A DNA stretch of 64,000 nt, taken from assembly GCA_964057225.1 (NCBI GenBank), contig OZ059900.1:14136001-14200000 (forward strand). Direction: 5' to 3'. The position numbers and the translations under genes are program-made. This DNA comes from Auanema rhodensis. Taxonomy: Eukaryota > Animalia > Nematoda. This document shows, piece by piece, positions 55,468-64,000 of this stretch. The number at the start of each line of letters is the position of its first letter. Within the stretch, counting starts at the first letter, position 1. Under the pieces are notes generated by a model that was not told the origin of the DNA, made no database searches, and worked only from the letters and a program-made list of their open reading frames with translations.

Positions 55468-55952
55468 ATGTGGACTTCTGCTATGGTTCTGTCTCTTGCG
55501 ACGGTGTCTGCTATAGTTGGTATTTCACTTGTTGGTATTGCCATCGCGACAGATAACTGGACAGAATTTCAGGTACGAATATTTATTTATATTATTATGC
55601 GTTAATAATGATCTTTTTTGATATGACTATTTATGCGTTTTAAATCTTAACCAAAAATTTGATTTGCAAGCATAGCACAATCTTTGCAATATTCTTCGTT
55701 GTCAAAAAATAGAAGTATATAGCTATTTGCACTTGACCTTCTACTGTTGACCTCTATTCTGAGCGGCTATTACTTTTTTCTCATATTCATAACCTTCATC
55801 GGTTAGCCTCAACCTTGTCCTAGGTTAAACGGCACAACTAAGATGTACCCCAAGAAGATTACTAACTGACGCCATCGGCTTGAGATAAACGCGCCGACCT
55901 TGTGATAAAATATGTACGAATAAATGCACTATAGCTGTATAAAAGAAACTTC

Positions 55953-55990
<38 letters not shown>

Positions 55991-58134
55991 TTTATAGAAA
56001 TATATATATATATATATATATATACTTATAATGATGAGATGTTGATGACCTCTTGGCATATAGGGCAGTTGTGCTAGGTAAATATTATTTATTGTGCATT
56101 ACTGCCTTTGCTGTCTCGCAATGCTGCAAGTGTACAATTGTAATCTATATAAAGCAAAAGCGTGTTTTGAATCTTCAGTTTTTCATAATACAATGCTTAT
56201 AAGCATTATTTCTCAGAAAAACCTATTTTAGTCTGAAGAAGACACAACGTCTTGTTGCCTATAATAGAAACGGCCTTGAACAGCCAACAACTTGTTTCTG
56301 AAGACAATGGTATAGTTAGATTAAGTGGTAAAGAGGAACAATGATAACGATCAATAAAAGAAAACCCCCAAGTAAGCTGGAAATCATGTAACTGAAATGA
56401 GGTTGAAAGGGAAAACTTGGTGTGAAGTGGGAACAAAATTAGAAACCATTATTCATTTAGTGTTAAAGAAGCAAAAACTATTTCAATTAGAATGTAAATC
56501 TATATGTAAACGTGATAATTCAGGTCAATCGACGTGAAATTATTAATGGATTCCAAAGAGACAAAGATCAAGATCTTAGTGTACGGCTAAAAGATGCTTT
56601 CAGCCATCAATTGATTTATTTCTCACGTAGCTATGGACTTTTTCAAATCTGCTTCCCAGATGCAGTTCCTTCCGGTATATTAGATTTTTTTTTCATTTTT
56701 TTCATTTTTCTCATTTCGATTCAGATATTGGTAGCTTCAACAAATTTGGCTCACCTTGCATTAATAACGAAGATTATTTCCCATTAGCATCTGAGCAAGA
56801 ACAATTTTCTTCGAATCAAACTGTACGCTTATATTTACTTCGCGCGACCGTTATTCTCTATGTTCTTGGTAAGCAAAACTTTTAATTTTCACTGATTCTG
56901 TTATGATAAAAAATAATCAATAATTTTTTTAAATATTTTCTGAAAATTATTTTTCAAGGAATTATTATGGTAGCCGTCTGTCTAATGACAGGAATCTTTG
57001 GTTGCTGGCGCCGATCTGCATCTCTAATTTCATCAACCGCATTATTGTTACTGTTTGCAGGTATGTAAATACAAATGTTATATCTTTGCATAATGCTTCT
57101 ATTATAGTTATGTTCTTGGCCTCTGGTATGATTGGCTGGCATATAGTCAATTATATGGAACGAAACATCCTTACAACATCTCCATATTATAAATCTTGGG
57201 AGCCAGTTAGTTTTTTTCGTGTTTTTTACATTCTCTTTAAAAAATAACCAATACAAATCATTTTATCAAAATATTATTTTTCGATAAACTATTTTGATTT
57301 AACATTTAATAACATGAAAAGTTTATATTACCGCTATTTCATATGCTTACTGTTCATATTATATACGGTAAAAAAATTTTAATTTTATGAATAGTTAAAT
57401 AACACTTTTTCTTCAGATTCTTAAGTCTACTACTCGATTTAATCACGGATTCTCGTATATTGCTTCATGGGTTGGAATCATTTTCCTGCTCATCTCCACC
57501 ATTTTTATGTACTTTGCCAAGAGAACGATTAAGGTAAATACAAAAAATCATGTATTATACTGTTCACGTTTAAAGCGTGACATGATATTTCAAAGACAAA
57601 GCATAGCAAATATTTTATCAAAGAACAACGAAAACAAAAGAAAATAAGTGTCACGTTCACATTGAACGCTATCGGAACTTATCGTGTAAGACAAATCTTA
57701 GTGAAAAAATAAAAATGAAATTTAGTTTTCTGATACTAGAAAGGGTTTGAGTTTACAAAGAAGTTTTTGAAGAGAAAATAAATTCTGACTAAAAAACTAA
57801 GGTTGACCTTTCTCACATTACAGAAGGAACACGAAATGATGTTGGCAGCCAAATCTGGAGCATACATAATGCCATACGACAAACCTGCTATGATGATCCC
57901 TTATGGATATAATACGTATGCTGGTGAGTTTTTAAAGTAATTGTAACTTAATTCATTACAATTCACGTATTATGTTGTTGATTTTATCAATAATTATCGA
58001 CTGTGTTTCAGGATACAATGGATATCCATACTACAATCAGCATTCTAATAATGGATATTATGGTTATATGACCTATGGCCGTAAGTTCAATCTTGAATTT
58101 GTTGAAAAAAAAATTTATAATTTTAGGAAATTGA
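55468..58134 (+). CDS. Claudin-like/PMP22-family four-TM protein
   Basis: TM1 followed by ATDNWTEFQ; SYGLFQICF...C (the W-GLW-C-C signature); GFSYIASW; Tyr/Gly-rich C-terminal tail. Confidence 0.85.
55953..56023. repeat. (TA)n microsatellites in the claudin-like intron (others at ~54274-54310 and ~54440-54459)
   Basis: Runs of tatatata. Confidence 0.8.
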
Positions 58135-59127
58135 AAAACTTTCAATCCATCTCCACAACTTAAGATTTATTGGGATTTGATTTCCAAACTCGCCATCACG
58201 ATTCATTGTTCAACTTTTCTGTTATTATCATAATCAAACACTCCTATGCATTTTAATGTGTCATTGTATCCTATTCACAAAGTCTCCTAGCCTATACGTC
58301 GATCACAAAGCAGATATATGAGTATATTTTTGATTTCAACTTAATTACTCTGCTTTATATTCTTACGGCGTCGAAAAAATGTTCATTATCACAATTTTTT
58401 TCCTTGCCTTACTGTTATAGTTATGTCCTAATTTGTCTTATGCTATTATACACACACGCACATACACACATATATATGTATATATATATGTATGTATATA
58501 TAATATATTTATATATACGTTTTTATAGTTGTGACTTTTTGAAGAATATCTTTTTTCGAATTTTCCAGCTTCAAAGTTTGCTTAAAAAGAAAGGAATGGT
58601 GCATATATTTCATTGATAAGTGGAAGTTTAAAGAAGTCGACATTTTAAAATGAAATGATTGGGTGAATGTAAATTTTGAGAAGGAGACCGAAAATACTAA
58701 TTGCTTCTTCCCGGTCCTCAAAGACAAGAAAGAGACTAGAAAGCGACATGTCCCGTTGGTTTTGTGAGAGTTCTAGATATCGGACTTGTTGTCGAGAAAG
58801 AAAAGTCAATAAAAACAGAAAGATTCCTGTCTTTGTTTGCTGAATGGATTGCAAAGCAACGGTATTTACGTTATTGTTGCTCAACGGCCAGTTAACGACA
58901 TCTCGAAAACGTTTATCAGCTTCTACACCACTTCTTATCCTGTTTATCCGAATATACACTGCTGCATTAATGCTCTACTTCATCAAAAACGTTGAAAATT
59001 CAAAAGTTTTTGATGTTTCAGTTTTTAATTTTTAAACTTACACTTTTTTCTATTTCACATGCTTTTATTGTTTATAAATCTCAAAAATCATTTCTTTTTA
59101 AAATTTTGTAGTTATTCAACAGTCCGT

Positions 59128-61773
59128 ATGTCATTGAATGCTCAAGATAGAAAACTTACTCCTCGTAATATAGCAAGCGATTTGAAAAGATTTTTACTTT
59201 CTGTTGAAAGTCCGACCGCAGGTAGGAGTGTACTTTCTGCAAATATCAATATCAATTTCTTCCAAAAATTCAGCAAACGTGTTAACATTATCTGATTGTG
59301 GTTATATATTATTAATTTTAAAGGATAAAGTTATTCATGACTCATCAAGGCAAGCCTAATTCAAAAACAATATCTTATTCAGTTAAGTTTAGAAATGGGC
59401 AGTTTATACGAGAATTTGTTTCTCGTCCAATTAATGGAATTGAAGTTCTCACTCGAGTTGTCATGACCTTACAAAATATTATCAACGGACCTAATGATTC
59501 CAATGTTTCACTTCCAGTGTCTGCGCACGGATTAAATACTACAAATAAAAAAAGAAAAGCAGCGGTTTAATTTGAGTTTTAATAAAAAATACACATTTCT
59601 ATTTGTTCAGGTTGCGGAAGCCGACTGTATAGAAGTCATTAAAATTTTTTTGGAAAAATCTGAACTTGGTTGGTCATACTTTTTAGAATCAGCAACTGGA
59701 ATGGATGCTGTTCTCTTATCGGTACACAGTCCTCAATTAGATTCAAAATGTTTTGCTTTAGAGGTGAGGATATATAGTTTTTTCTTTATACCTTCAAAAA
59801 TATTTTATTCTCAAACCACTGAGCTACTCAAATATCATTATTTTTCTTGTTACAAGTTTTTCATATTCGCAGATATTATTATTACTTCTCAACCAAGAAC
59901 ACGGATTTATTGTTTTTATGAGAGCTCTTACTGCAATGGCCACGAGAGTACGAGAATACCAACGATTATTGATATTTGTAACTCAGTTAAAGCATGGAAT
60001 TCATACGCAAAAATTACATATACAGGTATAATCATTGTTACAAACACACCTTTCTGATCATAGTATCCATTTTAGATTTTAGTTGTAAGATTATTCAATA
60101 AATTACTTAGCGCAGCTCCTAATGCTGCTCATCAAAATTTAATAATAGCCGAAGCATATTTAGCTCAATTCTCGCCAGATATGCTGGAGAAGGTTTTTGA
60201 AAAGTTTTTGTTATAAAAATCAAGTATTGTTTTTTTTCAGATTATAGCTAATCATAGAGGAGCATTAGATGGAGTTACAGTTTTGCTCGATGAACTTAAT
60301 CAATGGAAAATGTTTTCTAACAAATTAAGAGAGAGCTCTTTCTTAGAGAAGTAACATTGAAGATTGAAGTTTTTTACTAATGCTCTTGCATATTGCAGAT
60401 CTGACGACTTAGACATTGATATTCCAACTAGTGATACTAGTAGCAGACGCTCGAGAGCAGGTATAGGAAAGACATCAAATGTTTGTTACCAATTTTTATT
60501 CATTTCTCACCTTCATTCTTAGGGGTCGACTACTATGTCCAAAAGTGTGGAAAAACAAAAGGCAAAACGATTAAATGAAAGGGATTCTATAGGACGAACT
60601 GCGAACAGTGGTTATTATCCTTCGACTTATGGTTATAACACTCAAGGATCTTTTGTCTCAACAAGATCTGCACAGCCTATCATTAAACGTAATCATGGTA
60701 ACAAAACATAGACTTACAGCTTGAACTTTTTTTTTAAAGATGACCAGAATAGTCCTAAAACATGGAGTACAGTTAAACAATACGGTACAAACAAGCCTGT
60801 TTCGTCGAACGAGTTAGGTATCATGCGTCGAGCAAAGAGTGAAAGTTCCATGCTTGCAAGTCAAAGGTTTTGAAAAAGCAACATTATAATATAAAAATTA
60901 ATTTTTATTACTTTATAGAAATGATCAAGTTCAAAATCAATCAATGTGTCGTGGCTTAAAACGTTATGATACAAAGCCTGTAGAATCAAATGTTATATAT
61001 CATCCAATTCAACGCACAGGATTTTCTCGAAGGTAAACTGATGAAAAGAATTTTGCAAAGTCGTTTTCTTTAGTGTACATGATTTATCCAATTTTGAAGA
61101 CTCACCTCACAGAATAATATCTCCTCGTCCTTGTTCTGCGCTAACTCAGACATATATTCCTAGTTGTTCCAGAGTCGAGGAAAAGTTAGATAATACGTAA
61201 ATAACACTTCAAAACTACATTTCTATTGCATTTTACAGACTATATTCCCCCAGAGATCGGCCAACGTCATCCCAAGCTCGCTTTGCTGAACCATTAGTTA
61301 TTGAGAGCCAACCTCATGCTGGGTTCAGCTACCTATTCCCTCAACAACCTGTCGTATCTAGTGTGATAACAAAAAGGTCTACACTAGATAAGGATCAGAG
61401 AAAAGTAAATAAGCCCCATTTGATACAGTTAGTAATGCTGCGCTAAATTACAGTCTAGACTATATACACCGGCGTCTTCCCCTCCTATTGGTCATTTTTA
61501 TGCTAACAACACAGGCATTATTGATCCGGAAGACTACCACTCTAAATATATGTCGCGAAGCGATAGCAGAGCTCAATTATACCATCCAGTTGAGAAAGGA
61601 GTTATAGGCAAGTTAATAGAGGAAGAGTAGTGCATCACTTAAATTTTTCAGGAGAAGATGTATTAGATGCTCTAAGTCAGTTCGACTATTTAGATGATTA
61701 TGATCATGCTACAAAATTAGATCACATGGACAAAAAAGACTTCAATTACTCTGTCACATTTCAGAAGCTTTAA
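59128..61773 (+). CDS. Formin GBD/FH3-domain protein lacking FH1/FH2 (Multiple-wing-hairs-like)
   Basis: FRNGQFIREFVSRPINGIEVL...AEADCIEVIKIFL...LDSKCFALEILLLL...RLLIFVTQLK...LVVRLFNKLL resembles Drf_GBD/FH3. It is followed by a low-complexity tail with no poly-Pro FH1 and no FH2. The 5' exon structure is uncertain. Confidence 0.65.
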
Positions 61774-61964
61774 ATAGCAATCTCGAATACTGTTTATGAA
61801 TTGTTAAAAATGGAAAGCGCAAGCTTATTTACGAAAACATTTAATTATTACAGAATACTTTGAAATAAAATTTTATTATATAAGCTTAGACATTAGCGAA
61901 GCGTTGACAAATTTTTTAGATATTAGTACATAATCAAGCGACAATTAAAAAAAGCTGCTTCTAA

Positions 61965-64000
61965 TTATTTTTTCTTTGGCTGTGGGTTGCGCGCTCCTTG
62001 AGTCGATTTCCCTCCTACTGATCCTTGACGACTAGTTGGCGTTGTTGAAGTGGTTGTTGCTTTTGTAGAACCATTGGTTTTAGCATTTTTTCCATCTCTA
62101 TTCGCAGCATTTTCCGCCTTGAAACATGATTATAAGCTGAGAACATATTTTTCAATAAAACGAACTTTTGCATTTGTTCTTTCCCGATCCCAAAATTGTC
62201 TTAAATGTCGTCTGAGAATTTTTCCACAAGTGCTACGTGGTATTTCCGGTATGAAGAATACTCCGCCGCGCAACTCTTTGAATGTTGCTATTTTACCTGA
62301 TACATATTGTCTTACTTCAGCGGAAGCTAAGAGTGGATGTCCAGGGTTTTTGACAACAAAAGCAGCCGGAACCTTAATATCAACAAACAGCATATTGAAT
62401 TACTCATCTTCCACGTACTTCTCCAGAAACATGATCTTGACGTCCAACTACAGCGCAGTCATCAATTCCTGGATGAGCGCGAAGAATTAGTTCTACTTCG
62501 GACGGGCATACCTAAACCAAAAATAAATAAAAAATGTTGTCTTTTTCAGCCGTAACCAGTGTTCCTTTATATTTTATTATATCTTTAATTCGATCCATAA
62601 TATATATTTTTCCTGATTCATCATAATAAGCAGCATCTCCTGTATAAATGAACATTTTTAGTTTTTATAAAAACCTTACCTGTCTTTACATAACCGTTTG
62701 AATCTAATAGCTCTCCTGTGGCTTTCTGATTCTTAAAATATGTTGGCACGACCTGTGGTCCCATTATCAATAATTGTCCTGGCTTTCTCGGTTGACAAAT
62801 AGTTTTATTTTCCCAGTTCACAATCTTATAAAGATTTGGAATTAATTTTGATTTCCTTTATTCTTACTTTGATTAGCATTCCAGGTAATGGATGACCAAC
62901 ACTAGACAACGTTTCACTTTCATAAGGAGGTAATGTACTCAAACCTCCCAATTCAGTCATTCCATATGCTAAATAACAAATTTTGTTCAAGAAAAAAAGC
63001 GAAAGTTATACTTTGTCGTAAATCTTTTATTTGTAACCTTTCTTTTGCTTGATGCAATCTATTTGAATCAATCGGTGCTCCACCTACTAGTACGCTACGT
63101 AATTGAGGAACAGTAATATCTTTCATGCATGCTTCTGTGGAAAGCCAGTGAATCATGGATGGTGTTATATGAGCAACATTAATCTAAAAGTGAAATGTGT
63201 ATTAGTTCAAGAAACACTCAACTATATTACCTGCATATTCATTAGTGCGTCCATAAGAGTTTTTGGTTGTACTTTAGATAACATATACACAACAGCTCCA
63301 TTTACAAGAGCATAATATGCAGACATGGCTCCAAATATATGTGACAGAGCTAATGGTAATAAAAAACGTTCTTTTGGCTGAACAGGTCCGTAAAGTGGTA
63401 AGCTCATCTGCTGGATGTTGATAATCAACGATTTATGAGCTAATTCACATGCCTAAAGTATTGTGCATAACTGCCTTTATCCAAATATCTACTCACTTTA
63501 GGAAGTCCTGTTGTTCCACTTGTAAAAAAGATAAGCATTGGATTTACCGCCGTCATGGATTCAGAGATATTAGTCGTATCTTGTGAATCATTCTCAATGT
63601 CATCATTCTCCTTTTCCTGAAATTGCTCATTCACGCTCACAGATCATATTTATAAAAAAACAAACTATTTTCGCACCGTCATCTGAGTTTTGTGATATTT
63701 TTTCTTCGTTATCTACTGGAATTCTATAATTAAAATTTTTAGATTTGAAACAGTTTTTTCTTGAATTTTTAAAAAAACTACGAACGGTAATGCTGCCGAT
63801 GATTGTTCTTTTTTCATGACTGGCCTGAAAAGTAGCATTTTTAAAAAAAGTTAAATTTGTTCTTTACCGTTTGCGTTCTTCATTTGCAATTGATTCTGAA
63901 GTCAAAACATCGTCAATAACTCGAATATGTTTTATCCGGCCACCAGTTCTCATTTGAGCTTTTCTTCGTACATCATCAGCCTAAACTATTACCAATATTA
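61965..64000 (-). CDS. mec-18: Luciferase/4-coumarate-CoA-ligase-like AMP-binding enzyme, 5' end outside the window
   Basis: Motifs [37 protein letters not shown] and [12 protein letters not shown]. An acidic insert before the P-loop and a low-complexity C-tail suggest MEC-18 (symbol from recall). Confidence 0.7.

Overview
This is AT-rich eukaryotic genomic DNA from a nematode, probably a rhabditid/clade V species. It is gene-dense, with many ~40-55 nt introns ending in TTTCAG/TTTTAG, so the supplied ORF track mostly shows exon fragments. I rebuilt about 21 spliced genes by hand, and exon boundaries are approximate. In order: a secreted, probably GPI-anchored protein of degenerate Cu-SOD-repeat (CSRP/Rsod-like) type; a CUB + C-type-lectin membrane protein; an SDR (dhs-27-like); a TSC22 protein with three RFxV motifs; a large orphan gene; a signal-peptide-bearing carotenoid oxygenase; flp-7; a BTB-like gene; formate-THF ligase; an aldo-keto reductase; PRADC1; unc-78/AIP1; methylene-THF dehydrogenase/cyclohydrolase (dao-3); a TspanC8 tetraspanin (tsp-14); nematocin (ntc-1); a small secreted orphan; two near-identical lpr-3 copies plus another lipocalin; vang-1; a claudin-like gene; an MWH-like GBD/FH3-only protein; and the 3' part of a mec-18-like acyl-CoA ligase. 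As recalled, the C. elegans orthologues are X-linked. The most interesting signals are the His-less SOD-repeat surface protein, an unannotated two-hairpin element ending in T6 (53697-53788), the secreted carotenoid oxygenase, the split MTHFD1 halves flanking three antisense genes, and the 2.6 kb lpr-3 duplication. I saw no tRNA, rRNA, CRISPR or recognisable autonomous transposon.
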